Source: an uncultured Solirubrobacterales bacterium
GTDB lineage: Bacteria; Actinomycetota; Thermoleophilia; Solirubrobacterales; 70-9
NCBI GenBank assembly: GCA_963803755.1
Contig: CAWDNP010000012.1
Span: forward strand, 111,307-175,306
Direction of reading: 5' to 3'
Length of the DNA: 64,000 nt
A model generated the notes under the pieces. The model had not been told where the DNA came from and made no database searches. It saw only the letters and a program-made list of their open reading frames with translations. Position numbers and translations under genes: made by a program. Shown one piece after another: positions 45,922 through 59,018 of this stretch (position 1 is the first letter of the stretch; the number at the start of each line of letters is the position of its first letter).

Positions 45922-47358
45922 TTGACTGCCCCTGCAACGGCCGCGCCTGAGGGAACCCCCGTTGAGGGCTCCGACGGCCTGTTGCTCCAGGTCAATGGCC
46001 ACGTAATCCCCAACTATGCGGCGACGATGGTCTCCTTTGATGAGGGTGACGTCGTCAACGGCAAGGTGGTGCGAATCGACAAGGACGAGGTTCTGGTCGA
46101 CATCGGCTACAAGTCGGAGGGGGTCATCCCCTCCGGCGAGCTCTCGATCCGCAAGTCCGTCGACCCCGCCGAAGAGGTCGAGTTGGGCGAAGAGATCGAC
46201 GCTCTCGTGCTCACCAAAGAGGACGCCGAGGGGCGGCTGATCCTCTCCAAGAAGCGCGCCCGCTTCGAGAAGGCGTGGCGCCGGATCGAGGCCGCCGCCG
46301 AGTCGGGCGAACCGGTCGAGGGCAGCGTGATCGAGGTGGTCAAGGGCGGTCTCATCCTCGATCTCGGGGTGCGCGGCTTCCTGCCGGCCTCCCTGGTCGA
46401 CATCCGTCGCGTCCACAACCTCGACGAGTTCATGAGCCAGACGCTCGAGTGCAAGGTGATCGAGCTGAACCGCAGTCGCAACAACGTGGTGCTCTCGCGG
46501 CGCGCCGTCTTGGAGGAGGAGCGCAAGGAGGTCCGCGAGCAGATCCTCGGTCGCCTGGCTCCCGGCCAGGTGGTCGAAGGCAAGATCTCCAACATCGTCG
46601 ACTTCGGCGCCTTCGTCGACCTCGACGGGATCGACGGGCTGATCCACATCTCCGAGCTCTCCTGGAGCCATGTCAACCATCCCTCCGAGGTCGTCGCGAT
46701 CGGTGACACGGTGCGGATCAAGGTGCTCGACATCGATCGCGATCGCCAGCGCATCTCGCTCGGCCTCAAGCAGACGCAGGAGGACCCGTGGCAGCGCGTG
46801 GTCAGCACCCACCGCCCCGGCGACGTCTTGGAGGGGGTCGTGACCAAGGTCGTCGCCTTCGGCGCCTTCGTCGAAATCCTGCCGGGAGTTGAGGGCCTGG
46901 TCCACATCTCCGAGCTCGCCGACCATCACGTCGAGAACCCCAGCGAGGTGGTCGAGCCGGGCACCACCCTCAACGTCAAGATCCTCGAGATCGATGAGGA
47001 GCGCCGCCGCCTCTCCCTCAGCATCAAGCGAGTCGAGGACCAGAACATGCCGATGCAGGATCTGGGCGACCAGATCCAGGCGGCCGAGGCGGCGGATATC
47101 GAGGCAGAGGAGACTCCCGTCGACTCCGCCGAGGCAGACGACGAGGCGCCCGCCGACGCTGGTGAGGAAGTCACGGACCAAGCGGATCAAGGTGGCGATG
47201 GCGCAACGATCGCCCCCGGCGGCGAAGCCGAGGAGGCGGCGGTTGATGAGGCGCCGCCCTCATCTGGCTCCGATCATGATCTGGCGCCATCGGAGTCAGA
47301 GGAGGCCTCTACCGCCGACTCTGAGTCCTCCTCCTCTGAGGACCCCTCAGCCTCTTAG
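45922..47358 (+). CDS. rpsA: 30S ribosomal protein S1 (four S1 domains, acidic C-terminal tail)
   Basis: Four S1 repeats (GDVVNGKVVRIDKDEVLVDIGYKSEGVIP; VEGSVIEVVKGGLILDLG; GQVVEGKISNIVDFGAFVDL; GDVLEGVVTKVVAFGAFVEI). Start is uncertain (TTG 45922 or ATG 46027). Confidence 0.88.
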   Translation: MTAPATAAPEGTPVEGSDGLLLQVNGHVIPNYAATMVSFDEGDVVNGKVVRIDKDEVLVDIGYKSEGVIPSGELSIRKSVDPAEEVELGEEIDALVLTKEDAEGRLILSKKRARFEKAWRRIEAAAESGEPVEGSVIEVVKGGLILDLGVRGFLPASLVDIRRVHNLDEFMSQTLECKVIELNRSRNNVVLSRRAVLEEERKEVREQILGRLAPGQVVEGKISNIVDFGAFVDLDGIDGLIHISELSWSHVNHPSEVVAIGDTVRIKVLDIDRDRQRISLGLKQTQEDPWQRVVSTHRPGDVLEGVVTKVVAFGAFVEILPGVEGLVHISELADHHVENPSEVVEPGTTLNVKILEIDEERRRLSLSIKRVEDQNMPMQDLGDQIQAAEAADIEAEETPVDSAEADDEAPADAGEEVTDQADQGGDGATIAPGGEAEEAAVDEAPPSSGSDHDLAPSESEEASTADSESSSSEDPSAS

Positions 47359-47368
47359 CCTCAGGCCG

Positions 47369-47947
47369 ATGTCGCTGACTATCGGCCTCACCGGCGGTAT
47401 AGCGGCCGGGAAGTCCGAGGCGCTCGCGGCCTTTGGGCGGCTCGGCGCGGCAACGATCTCCAGCGACGCGGTAGTCCATGAGCTGCTTGACTCCGAGCCT
47501 CTGCTGAGCCGCCTCGTTAAGCGCTGGGGCCCCGAGGTGGCACCCGCGGGCAGGGTTGACCGCAACAGAATCGGCAAGATCGTCTTCGCCGATCCCAAGC
47601 AGCTCTCTTGGCTGGAGCAGCAGATCCATCCCCTGGTGGGCGAGCGGATCGGGGCCTGGCTGAGCTCGCTGCCCGCCGGCGCCGAGATCGCCGTCGTCGA
47701 GGTCCCGCTGCTGTTTGAGACAGCGATGGAGGGCGTCTTCGACACGACCATCGCCGTCATCGCCGCAGAGGATCTCCGCCGCGCCCGCGCCGAGGCGCGC
47801 GGCCACGCGCTGGTCGGCGAGCGCGAGGCCCGCCAGCTGTCGCAGGGGGAGAAGGCGACTCGCGCAGCTCACGTGATCGAAAACGACGGCACGGTCGAGG
47901 ACCTGGAGCGCTCGCTGTCCGTCCTGATCGAGACCCTGAGGGAATGA
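47369..47947 (+). CDS. coaE: Dephospho-CoA kinase
   Basis: MSLTIGLTGGIAAGKSE P-loop at ATG 47369. The upstream part of track ORF 46889.. overlaps rpsA in another frame. Confidence 0.85.
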   Translation: MSLTIGLTGGIAAGKSEALAAFGRLGAATISSDAVVHELLDSEPLLSRLVKRWGPEVAPAGRVDRNRIGKIVFADPKQLSWLEQQIHPLVGERIGAWLSSLPAGAEIAVVEVPLLFETAMEGVFDTTIAVIAAEDLRRARAEARGHALVGEREARQLSQGEKATRAAHVIENDGTVEDLERSLSVLIETLRE

Positions 47948-48504
47948 GGAAGTGGGCGATCGGAGGTGCGGCCGTTGTCGTTGGCGTAGCGGCCGCCCTA
48001 CTGCTCGGCGTGATCGGCGACGTCGACTACGCACTCCAGCAGCTCACCCTGCCCCTGCACCACGAGGACATCATCCGCCAGCAGTCACAGGAGAAGGGCG
48101 TCGACGCGGCGCTGATCGCCGCCGTCATCTACTCGGAGTCGCGCTTTCGCGAACAGACCTCGAACGCGGGTGCGCGGGGGCTGATGCAGATCACGCCCGC
48201 TACGGCTAAGGAGATCGAGCGGCTCAGCGGCGGCACGACTTTTAAGCTGGAAGACCTCTCAGACCCTGAACTCAACATCCGCTACGGGACCTTTTACCTG
48301 CGCCAGCTGCTCGACCGCTACGGCGGCAACAAGGTCGCCGCCCTCGCCGCCTACAACGCCGGGCCGGGCAACGCCGACAAGTGGGGCGGGGCCTCGCTGA
48401 CACTGGAAACCATCCCGCTGGCCGAGACCCGCGCCTACGTCGCCGAGGTGCTCGAAAAGCGCAAGGCCTACCGCGAAAAGTACGCGAAGGAGCTGGGGTA
48501 CTGA
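47944..48504 (+). CDS. Lytic transglycosylase (SLT domain) with N-terminal membrane anchor
   Basis: AAVIYSESRFREQTSNAGARGLMQITPATA and AAYNAGPGN are SLT family motifs. Confidence 0.82.
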   Translation: MRKWAIGGAAVVVGVAAALLLGVIGDVDYALQQLTLPLHHEDIIRQQSQEKGVDAALIAAVIYSESRFREQTSNAGARGLMQITPATAKEIERLSGGTTFKLEDLSDPELNIRYGTFYLRQLLDRYGGNKVAALAAYNAGPGNADKWGGASLTLETIPLAETRAYVAEVLEKRKAYREKYAKELGY

Positions 48505-49871
48505 GCGCCGGGCCCCCCAGGCCGCGCGTTGCAGCCCTGGCCCTGGCGGTCGGCTTGGTGCTGGCCGACTCCTCGGTCGTCGTCCTAGCGCTGCCGCAGA
48601 TCTACCGCGAGCTGGGCACCAGCGTCGCCGGCGTCACCTGGGTACTGGTCTCCTTCAACCTGGTGATGGCGCTTGCCGCAGTGCCCGCTGCCCTGGTGGC
48701 CCGCCGGGTCGGACCCGGCCGCGCGGCGGCGGTCGGGCTCGCCGTCTTCGCTGGAGCTGGGCTCGCCTGCGGCCTCTCCGATCAGCTCTCGACGCTGATC
48801 GTCGCCCGCTGCGTGCAGGCGCTTGGCGGCGCCGCCGCGGTGACCGCGGCGCTGGAGCTGCTCCCGGCCACAGTCGGGTCAGAGCGCCGCGCCGCCGTGG
48901 TCTGGGCGAGCGCCGGCGCCACCGGCGCCGCCCTGGGCCCGGCAGTCGGCGGCATCCTCACTCAGCTGGTCTCCTGGCAATCGATCTTCCTGTTCCAGGC
49001 GCCGGTAGCGATCGCCGCCGCGGCGCCGATCCTCGCCGTCGCCAGGCACGAGGCGGCGACCGGGGTCGAGTCGGAGCTGCGCAAGACGGGTCGCCCGCAT
49101 CTGCTCGCCAACCTGGCGCTGGCGATGGTTTCGGCGGCGATTGCCGCGGCGCTCTTCCTCCTCGTCCTGCTGTTGATCGAAGGCTGGCGACTGAGCCCGA
49201 TCGGCGCCGCGATAGTGGTCTCGGCCATGCCGCTCTCGGCCCTGGCCGGCAGCCGCATCGGCCCCTTGGTCCCAAGCGCCAGGGCGCGCGCTGCCGCCGG
49301 CGCGATCCTCGTCGCCGGCGGGCTGGCCGGGCTGGCGCTGCTGCCCAAGGCCGAGGTGGTGCTAACGCTGCCGCCTCAGGTCCTGGTCGGGGTGGGCCTC
49401 GCGCTGGTGCTCTCGGCCCTGACCGAGACCGCGCTCCGCGGGCGGGCGTCGCAGGCGATCCACGGCGGCTGGACGATTTCGGCCCGCCACGCTGGCGTCG
49501 TCATCGGCCTGCTGGCGCTGACGCCGATCTTCACCGCCGACATCGCCCAGCAGCGCCACGACGCGATCGAAGCCGGCACCGCGGTGGTCCTGGACTCCAA
49601 AGTCGAACCGCTGCTGAAGATCCAGCTGGCCCAGCGTATAGCGGCACGCATGGAAGCGGAGCGGGGGAAGGTGCCGACGATCGGGTCCGCCTTCGAGCCG
49701 CTGCCGAGTGATCCCACCGAAAGGGCGGCGGTGCTCCAGCTCCGTGAAGAACTCCAGGGCCAACTCGACCGTGGCGCCACCCACGCCTTCAGCCCCTCCT
49801 TCCTGCTCGGCGCGCTGCTGGGACTGCTGGCCCTGCTCCCGATCGGCCTGGCGCGGAGGGAGGACCTTTGA
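48501..49871 (+). CDS. MFS transporter (DHA2-like) with a hydrophilic insertion before the last TM
   Basis: About 12 hydrophobic segments. The N-terminal LADSSVVVLALPQIYRELG resembles the DHA2 TM1 motif. No ATG, GTG or TTG occurs between the SLT stop and TM1, so the start (CTG 48501?) is uncertain; track start 48381 would overlap the SLT gene by 124 nt. Confidence 0.65.
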   Translation: MSAGPPRPRVAALALAVGLVLADSSVVVLALPQIYRELGTSVAGVTWVLVSFNLVMALAAVPAALVARRVGPGRAAAVGLAVFAGAGLACGLSDQLSTLIVARCVQALGGAAAVTAALELLPATVGSERRAAVVWASAGATGAALGPAVGGILTQLVSWQSIFLFQAPVAIAAAAPILAVARHEAATGVESELRKTGRPHLLANLALAMVSAAIAAALFLLVLLLIEGWRLSPIGAAIVVSAMPLSALAGSRIGPLVPSARARAAAGAILVAGGLAGLALLPKAEVVLTLPPQVLVGVGLALVLSALTETALRGRASQAIHGGWTISARHAGVVIGLLALTPIFTADIAQQRHDAIEAGTAVVLDSKVEPLLKIQLAQRIAARMEAERGKVPTIGSAFEPLPSDPTERAAVLQLREELQGQLDRGATHAFSPSFLLGALLGLLALLPIGLARREDL

Positions 49872-50392
49872 GCGACGTGCTGAGGGGGCGGCTGTTGGTC
49901 GGCGGCGCGACCCTCGCCGCGCTCGCGCTGGTCGGCGTATACCTTGCGGCGGGTGGCTCCTCCTACGTGCCGGAGAAGACCCAGAACCCATGCGAGCACC
50001 GGCCCTGGGGTCACCCGGAAGGGATCCAGGAGATCGCCGAGCAGTTCTCGCTCTCGGCGCTGGACGGTGCCGCCTGCAAGCTCGGGGTGACGCGGGAGGC
50101 GCTGGCGCGTGCGCTGGCGACGCCGCAGTCGCGCGCCAGCTTCAGCCGCCGCTACGGGATCGACGACGCGAAGCTGGCCGAAGCGATCCGCGCCGGCCTG
50201 TTGCGGGCGGTCGGAGATGCTGAAAGGGCGGGTGCCATTAGCCCCTTCATCGCCGCCCCGCTCCGTACGGCCGTCCAGGAAATCCCGCTCGGCGAGGCGA
50301 TCAGGCTGATCCAAAACGCACGCTCCCTGCTCGACAACGTCCAGACCCTCCTCGGCCCAGCCGGCGGCCTTCTGCAGCAGTTTTTGCCCTGA
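49868..50392 (+). CDS. Hypothetical membrane-anchored protein (single N-terminal TM, helical ectodomain)
   Basis: 174 aa. TTG start overlaps the MFS stop (TTGA). No family recognised. Confidence 0.5.
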   Translation: MSDVLRGRLLVGGATLAALALVGVYLAAGGSSYVPEKTQNPCEHRPWGHPEGIQEIAEQFSLSALDGAACKLGVTREALARALATPQSRASFSRRYGIDDAKLAEAIRAGLLRAVGDAERAGAISPFIAAPLRTAVQEIPLGEAIRLIQNARSLLDNVQTLLGPAGGLLQQFLP

Positions 50393-50407
50393 GCCGAGCG
50401 CGAGCGC

Positions 50408-50662
50408 CTACCGCGCCGCCTCGATCTTGAAGTGGCCCGGGCGGGGGAGCCAGCGGATGCCGGTGCAGAGCTCGGCGGGCGTGGTGTCGAGGGCGCCGGC
50501 GAGCTTGACGATCGTGCCAAGGCGCGGCTCGCGCCCGCCCCGCTCGAGCAGGGAGATCTCGGTTCGGTGCAGCTCGCAGCGGAAGCCGAGCTCCTCCTGC
50601 GAGATGCCCTGCTTGCGGCGTGCCTGGCGTAGGTTGGCGGCAAAGCGCTCGCGCGGCTCCAC
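50408..50662 (-). CDS. XRE-family helix-turn-helix transcriptional regulator
   Basis: FAANLRQARRKQGISQEELGFRCELHRTEISLLERGGREPRLGTIVKLAGAL is a classic Cro/C1 HTH. Confidence 0.85.
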   Translation of the reverse strand: MEPRERFAANLRQARRKQGISQEELGFRCELHRTEISLLERGGREPRLGTIVKLAGALDTTPAELCTGIRWLPRPGHFKIEAAR

Positions 50663-50723
50663 GCAGCTGATCTTCGGCGTCTGAAGACGAAAGCTCTACA
50701 GACAAAACATTTCTCACGACAGA

Positions 50724-51092
50724 TCAGTCGCGCGTCGCGCGCCAGACCCAGAGCATCGCCAGCGGCTGCAGTGGCAGCCGCGCCCACAACGCCCAGTGGG
50801 GGATGCGCCTCAGGTCGAGCCCCCGGACCTGCTCGGGGTTAAGCGCCATCTGGACGTTTGCGGGGAAGACGGCTGTCAGCAGGCCGAGCAGCCACCAGCG
50901 GGCGAAGCGGCGACTGCCGCGGGGCAGAACCGCCGCGCCGCCGGCGATCTCGGCGACGCCGCTGATGATTACCGCCTCGCGGCGGAGCCCCAACCAGGGC
51001 GGCACGATCGATTCGTAGCTGCGCGGGATGACGAAGTGCATCGCTCCCGCGAAGGCGAAGAAGCCGGCCAGGAGTCGCTGGGAGCGGGTCAT
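50724..51092 (-). CDS. DoxX-like family membrane protein
   Basis: [20 protein letters not shown]...[14 protein letters not shown]...[13 protein letters not shown] matches the DoxX-like pattern. ATG 51092 is preferred over the TTG that would overlap uvrB. Confidence 0.65.
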   Translation of the reverse strand: MTRSQRLLAGFFAFAGAMHFVIPRSYESIVPPWLGLRREAVIISGVAEIAGGAAVLPRGSRRFARWWLLGLLTAVFPANVQMALNPEQVRGLDLRRIPHWALWARLPLQPLAMLWVWRATRD

Positions 51093-51132
51093 CGGCCATG
51101 CAGTCTTCCATGCTCCCGCTATCTTCAGCTTG

Positions 51133-53130
51133 GTGCCCGAGTTCAAGCTCAACCCCGCCTACACGCCGACCGCCGACCAGCCGCAGGCGATCGCCGGGTT
51201 GGCGGCGGGGCTGGGGGTCGGGGAGCGCTTCCAGACGCTGCTGGGGGCGACCGGGACCGGCAAGACCTTCACGATGGCCGGGACGATTGCCGCAGTCCAG
51301 CGGCCCTCGCTGGTGATCGCCCACAACAAGACCCTTGCCGCGCAGCTCTGCAACGAGTTCCGCGAGTTCTTCCCCGAGAACGCGGTCGAGTACTTCGTCT
51401 CCTACTACGACTACTACCAGCCGGAGGCCTATGTCCCGGCACAGGACCTCTACATCGAGAAGGACTCCTCGATCAACGACGAGATCGACCGCCTCCGCCA
51501 CGCCGCCACCGCGGCGCTGTTCGCCCGCCGCGACGTGATCATCGTCGCCTCGGTCTCCTGCATCTACGGGATCGGCTCGCCCCAGGTCTACAACGAAAAA
51601 ATGCAGTTGTTCAAGGTCGGCGAGGAGATCGACCGCGACGAGGTGCTGCGCAAGCTGGTGAAGATGCAGTACCAGCGCAACGACTCGGTTCTGGGGCGTG
51701 GCAGCTTCAGGGCACGGGGCGAGGTGCTGGAGATCATGCCCTCCTACGCGGAGTCCGCCTACCGGATCGCCCTCTTCGGCGAGGAAATTGAAGGAATCCA
51801 GCACTTCGACCCGCTCACCGGCGAGGTGCTTGACACGATCGATCACGTCTCGGTCTGGCCCGCCTCCCACTACGTGACCCGCGATGAGACGCTGGAGCGT
51901 GCGGTCGAGGAGATCCGCGCCGAACTGAACACCCGCACCGCCGAACTGGAGGCGGAGGGCAAGCAGCTTGAGGCGCACCGTCTGCGCCAGCGCACCGCCT
52001 ACGACATCGAGATGCTGAAGGAGCTCGGCTTCACCTCGGGGATCGAGAACTACTCACGGATCCTCGATGGCCGGCCCGAGGGCAGCCCGCCGCACACGCT
52101 GATCGACTACTTCCCCGACGACTTTGTTGTCTTCGTCGATGAGTCCCACCAGACGATCCCCCAGATCGGCGGCATGTACGAGGGCGACCGCTCGCGCAAG
52201 CAGACGCTCATTGACTATGGCTTCCGGCTGCCGTCAGCAATCGACAACCGGCCACTCAAGTTCGAGGAGTTCCTAGAGCGGGTCGACCAGCTTGTGATGG
52301 TCTCAGCGACGCCGGGGCCCTTCGAGCGGACCGAGTCGACGCGGATCGTCGAGCAGATCGTTCGCCCGACCGGGATCATCGACCCCGCGATCGAGGTGCG
52401 CGAGACTCGCAACCAGATCGATGACCTGATGAACGAGATCAAGGCCCGGGCCGAGGCCGGCGACCGGGTGTTGGTTACGACCCTTACCAAGAAGATGGCC
52501 GAGGATCTGACCGCCTACCTGCTCGAGTACGGGATCAAGGTTCGCTACCTGCACTCGGAGGTCGACACACTGGAGCGGATCCAAATCGTCCGCGATCTGC
52601 GACTCGGTGAGTACGACGTGCTGGTCGGGGTCAACCTCCTGCGCGAGGGGCTCGACCTGCCCGAGGTCTCGCTGGTCGCGATCCTCGATGCCGACAAGGA
52701 GGGCTTCCTGCGCGGCGAGACCAGCCTGGTGCAGACGATCGGACGTGCCGCCCGCAACATCAACGGGCGGGTGCTGATGTACGCCGACCGCGAGACCGAC
52801 TCGATGCGCGCGGCGATACGCGAGACCGACCGACGCCGCGCGATCCAGCTTGCCTACAACACCGAGCACGGGATCACCCCGGAGACTGTCCGCAAGGGGA
52901 TCTCCGAGATGGCCGAGTTTCTGGCGATGGAGGACCGGGCGCCGCGCAGGCGTCGCCGCAGGCGCAGTGAGGACTTCGTCGACCCCGCTGCGCTGGAGCG
53001 CACTATCGTCGCCCTCGAGGAGGAGATGCTTGCCGCCGCAGACGACCTCCGCTTCGAGGAGGCGGCCCGCATCCGCGATGAGCTGAAGGAGCTGCGCCGC
53101 GACCTCGACGGGATGCGCGCGGGCGCCTGA
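51133..53130 (+). CDS. uvrB: Excinuclease ABC subunit B
   Basis: [37 protein letters not shown], the helicase C domain and a C-terminal UVR motif ([17 protein letters not shown]). Start is GTG 51133 or TTG 51130. Confidence 0.93.
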   Translation: MPEFKLNPAYTPTADQPQAIAGLAAGLGVGERFQTLLGATGTGKTFTMAGTIAAVQRPSLVIAHNKTLAAQLCNEFREFFPENAVEYFVSYYDYYQPEAYVPAQDLYIEKDSSINDEIDRLRHAATAALFARRDVIIVASVSCIYGIGSPQVYNEKMQLFKVGEEIDRDEVLRKLVKMQYQRNDSVLGRGSFRARGEVLEIMPSYAESAYRIALFGEEIEGIQHFDPLTGEVLDTIDHVSVWPASHYVTRDETLERAVEEIRAELNTRTAELEAEGKQLEAHRLRQRTAYDIEMLKELGFTSGIENYSRILDGRPEGSPPHTLIDYFPDDFVVFVDESHQTIPQIGGMYEGDRSRKQTLIDYGFRLPSAIDNRPLKFEEFLERVDQLVMVSATPGPFERTESTRIVEQIVRPTGIIDPAIEVRETRNQIDDLMNEIKARAEAGDRVLVTTLTKKMAEDLTAYLLEYGIKVRYLHSEVDTLERIQIVRDLRLGEYDVLVGVNLLREGLDLPEVSLVAILDADKEGFLRGETSLVQTIGRAARNINGRVLMYADRETDSMRAAIRETDRRRAIQLAYNTEHGITPETVRKGISEMAEFLAMEDRAPRRRRRRRSEDFVDPAALERTIVALEEEMLAAADDLRFEEAARIRDELKELRRDLDGMRAGA

Positions 53131-53175
53131 GCCACTCCAAGGGAACAACCGTTCGCCTGCGTAGAATCGGGTGCA

Positions 53176-56050
<2,875 letters not shown>

Positions 56051-56054
<4 letters not shown>

Positions 56055-57022
56055 CGGGCGAAGAGAAGCGAAGCGCCGATCGCCCCGCCGAGGTCGCCCA
56101 GTAAGGCGACCCGAACCGCCGGAGGCCGCTCGTCGACGAAGAGGTGTTTACCCATCTCTTTGGTCAGCGGCTCCATATAGCGCTCGCCGAAACGGACGCC
56201 GAGCCCTCCGCCGACTATCACGGCTTCGGGGTCGAGCAGATTGACCGCCGAAGCGATACCGGTGCCCAGGGCCTCGATCGCGCGGTCGATCAGATTCTCA
56301 GCAAGGTGGTCTCCGTGGTCGAGGGCGCGCTCCCAGATACCGCTGGTCAGCCGGTCGCGGTCATGTTTTCGCATCAGCTTGAAGAGGTCGGTCTTGACGC
56401 CCTCCTCGTGCTGGCGCCTTGCCTCGACCTCCATCGCCGCCCGTCCGGCGTAGGCCTCCAGGCAGCCCTTGCGCCCGCAGGGGCACTTGGCACCACCGCG
56501 CTTGACGACCATGTGGCCGATCTCACCGGCGGCACCCCGGCCCAGCCACGGCTTGCTGCCGAGCACGAGTCCGCCGCCGACTCCGGTGCCCCAGAAGACG
56601 CCGATCAGGCTCTGAAACTCCCTACCGGCGCCGAGGTGGAACTCGGCCTCGGTAGCGACCTGGACGTCGTTGCCGACCCGCACGTCGGCGCCGAGGTCTT
56701 TCTTCAGGACTTCGGCGAGCGGGAAGCTGCCGTCCCAGCCGGGCAGGTTGCGGGCGCCGGAGACGACGCCGCTCGCCTCGTCGACGTCGCCGGGCGAGCC
56801 GACGCCGACGCCGTCCAGTGCGCTCGTTTCGACTCCGGCTTCCCTGGCCGCCTCTCCCAGCGCGGCGACCATCGTGTCCGCCACGTCCTGCGGCCCGCCG
56901 CTGGTCGGCGTCGGCCGGCGTGACTCGCCCAGGACCTTGCCGCCGCTGTCGACGATCGCAGTCTGGATCTTCGTCCCCCCCAGGTCGATGCCCCCACGCA
57001 TCTTGTCTTTGGTCGGACTCAC
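56051..57022 (-). CDS. ROK-family glucokinase
   Basis: [24 protein letters not shown] and the ROK zinc motif [23 protein letters not shown]. Confidence 0.85.
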
Positions 57023-57088
57023 GCTCGATTCCCTCCTGGCCGGATTGCGAGCCGACCCTACTGCGGGAGGCTTTGGAAAGCTAGGCGC

Positions 57089-57676
57089 ATGTCCGAGCTA
57101 GGAGGCTGGAGGCTGTGGTGGGCGAAGCGCCGCTGGTATGAGCGTAACCGACGCCGTCTACGCCGCTGGCGAATCGCCCGCCACGCCGCCCGCGGCGGTT
57201 TCTTCATCCGACTGCCGGTCGAGGGCGAGGTGCTGGAGGCGCTTGAAGAGGGACGGCTGCAGATCGGCAATGGCACCCTGCTTGAGCCCGGTTGCTGGCT
57301 CACTCTGGGACCCCAAGCGAGGATCGAGATCGGAGCGGGCTGCTTCCTCAACCGCAACACGATGCTCGCCGCCTATGAGCGGATCGCGATCGGTGACCAC
57401 ACGATGTTTGGCAATGGCTGCTTCATCGGCGACGCCGAACACCGCTACTCCGATCCTGACACGCCGATCACCTGGCAGGGCTTTACTTCGAAGGGCCCGG
57501 TCGAGATCGGAGCCAACTGCTGGTTCGGGGTCAACTGCGTTATCACCAGCGGCGTCACCATCGGCGATCGTTGCGTAATAGGCGCCAACTCCGTCGTCAC
57601 GACCTCTCTTCCCCCAGGCGTGGTGGCAGCTGGCGCCCCCGCGAAGGTGATCAGACAGATCGAGCGGAGTGAGTGA
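57089..57676 (+). CDS. Hexapeptide-repeat (left-handed beta-helix) O-acyltransferase, Maa/LacA-like
   Basis: IGDHTMFGNGCFIGD...IGANCWFGVNCVITSGVTIGDRCVIGANSVVT hexapeptide repeats. Confidence 0.8.
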   Translation: MSELGGWRLWWAKRRWYERNRRRLRRWRIARHAARGGFFIRLPVEGEVLEALEEGRLQIGNGTLLEPGCWLTLGPQARIEIGAGCFLNRNTMLAAYERIAIGDHTMFGNGCFIGDAEHRYSDPDTPITWQGFTSKGPVEIGANCWFGVNCVITSGVTIGDRCVIGANSVVTTSLPPGVVAAGAPAKVIRQIERSE

Positions 57677-57682
57677 GCGCGC

Positions 57683-58619
57683 CTACGGCAACGGCTCCCA
57701 GTCCCACGCCTTTTGCGACGCCAGGCTCTCCTGATCCAGGTATCGCCTGAACTCCGCCAGCTCAGCCGGCTCGACGCTGTAGACGTGGTCGGGTTCTGGG
57801 AAGTGGCGGGAACGGACCTCATCGGTGTATTCGCTCAGTCCTCGCACCATCTCCTCGTGGATGTCGGCGTAGCGCTTGACGAACTTGGCCATGCGGCCGG
57901 TCGTGATGCCCAACAGGTCGTGGAAGACCAGCACCTGACCGGCAGTGGCGGGGCCTGCGCCTATCCCGATTGTGGGGACGTCGAGCTTTTCGACGATCGC
58001 CTCGGTGATTGCGGCGGGGATGGCCTCAAAGACGATTGCAAAGCAGCCGACGGATTGCAGCGCCAGCGCGTCCTCGCAAAGCCGGATCGCCCCCTGGGCC
58101 GTCTTGCCCTGGGTCTTGTAGCCGCCGAGGGCGGTGGCGGTCTGCGGCGTCAGGCCGACATGGCCCATCACGGGAATCCCCGATCGAGCGATTGCCCGCG
58201 CCCGCTCGACCGACGTGCCCCCGGCCTCAAGCTTCACGACCTGACAGCCCGTCTCCTTGACGAGTCGCTGAGCGTTGTGAACGGCGATCTCGTTGCTGGC
58301 CTCATAGCTTCCCATCGGCATGTCACCGACCATCAGCGGCGCTCGCAGCCCACGGCGGACTGCCTTGCCGAGCATCACCATCTCCTCCATCAGAGACGGG
58401 CTCGGTGCCGGGGTAGCCGAGGACGACCATCGCCGCGGTATCGCCCACCAGGACGATGTCGACGCCAGCCTCCTCGGCAGCCTTCGCCGAGGGATAGTCA
58501 TAGGCGGTGACCATCACGATCGGCTCGCCCGCCTCCTTCATCTCGGCAAGGCAGGGGAGCGTCACCGGCTTGCGCTCGGCGACCGCCGGGGCAGTCTCTC
58601 CACGGATGCCCGAGCTCAT
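57683..58619 (-). pseudogene. panB: 3-methyl-2-oxobutanoate hydroxymethyltransferase, frame broken as sequenced near 58391
   Basis: The N-terminal part (ORF 58323..58619: [45 protein letters not shown]) and the remainder (ORF 57683..58501 from [14 protein letters not shown]...VVKLEAGG...) are in different frames and join cleanly at about 58391. Confidence 0.88.
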
Positions 58620-58996
58620 GAGAGGAGCACCTCCGGGTGGCTGTCCACGGCGACGGCCCTGTTGGCGTCATCGACGTGGACGACGATCGGCGAGTAGGCC
58701 CCCAGGTCGCTCTCGTCGTAGGCGCCAAAGGAGGCGACGATGATCCTGTGGCCGGGCCGGGTCAGGTGCGCCGCGGCGCCGTTTACCTGCATCGTCCCCG
58801 AGCCGGGCTCGCCGTCGATCGCGTAGGTGACGAAGCGGGCGCCGTTGTCGATGTCCCAGACGTGCACCTGCTCGTTGGTGATCAGGTCGGCGCTCGCCAT
58901 CAGCTCGGTGTCGATGGTGATGCTGCCGATGTAGTCGACGTCGCAGTCGGTCACCGTCGCCCGGTGGATCTTCGACTTCAGCATCTGTCTTTGCAT
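58616..58996 (-). CDS. panD: Aspartate 1-decarboxylase
   Basis: [25 protein letters not shown] carries the Gly-Ser self-cleavage site. Confidence 0.92.
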   Translation of the reverse strand: MQRQMLKSKIHRATVTDCDVDYIGSITIDTELMASADLITNEQVHVWDIDNGARFVTYAIDGEPGSGTMQVNGAAAHLTRPGHRIIVASFGAYDESDLGAYSPIVVHVDDANRAVAVDSHPEVLLS

Positions 58997-59018
58997 TTGG
59001 CTCCCCCTCTTGCCGTGT

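Noticed and set aside
46889-47368. A 352-aa ORF suggesting a long N-terminal extension of CoaE.
   Set aside because: The extension overlaps the rpsA 3' end in another frame and is Arg/Pro/Ser-rich. The CoaE P-loop N-terminus starts at ATG 47369.
56055-56244. A C-terminal extension of UvrA to 1022 aa.
   Set aside because: It is an artefact of the frameshift at about 55904. The canonical UvrA end is in the -1 frame and stops at 56054.
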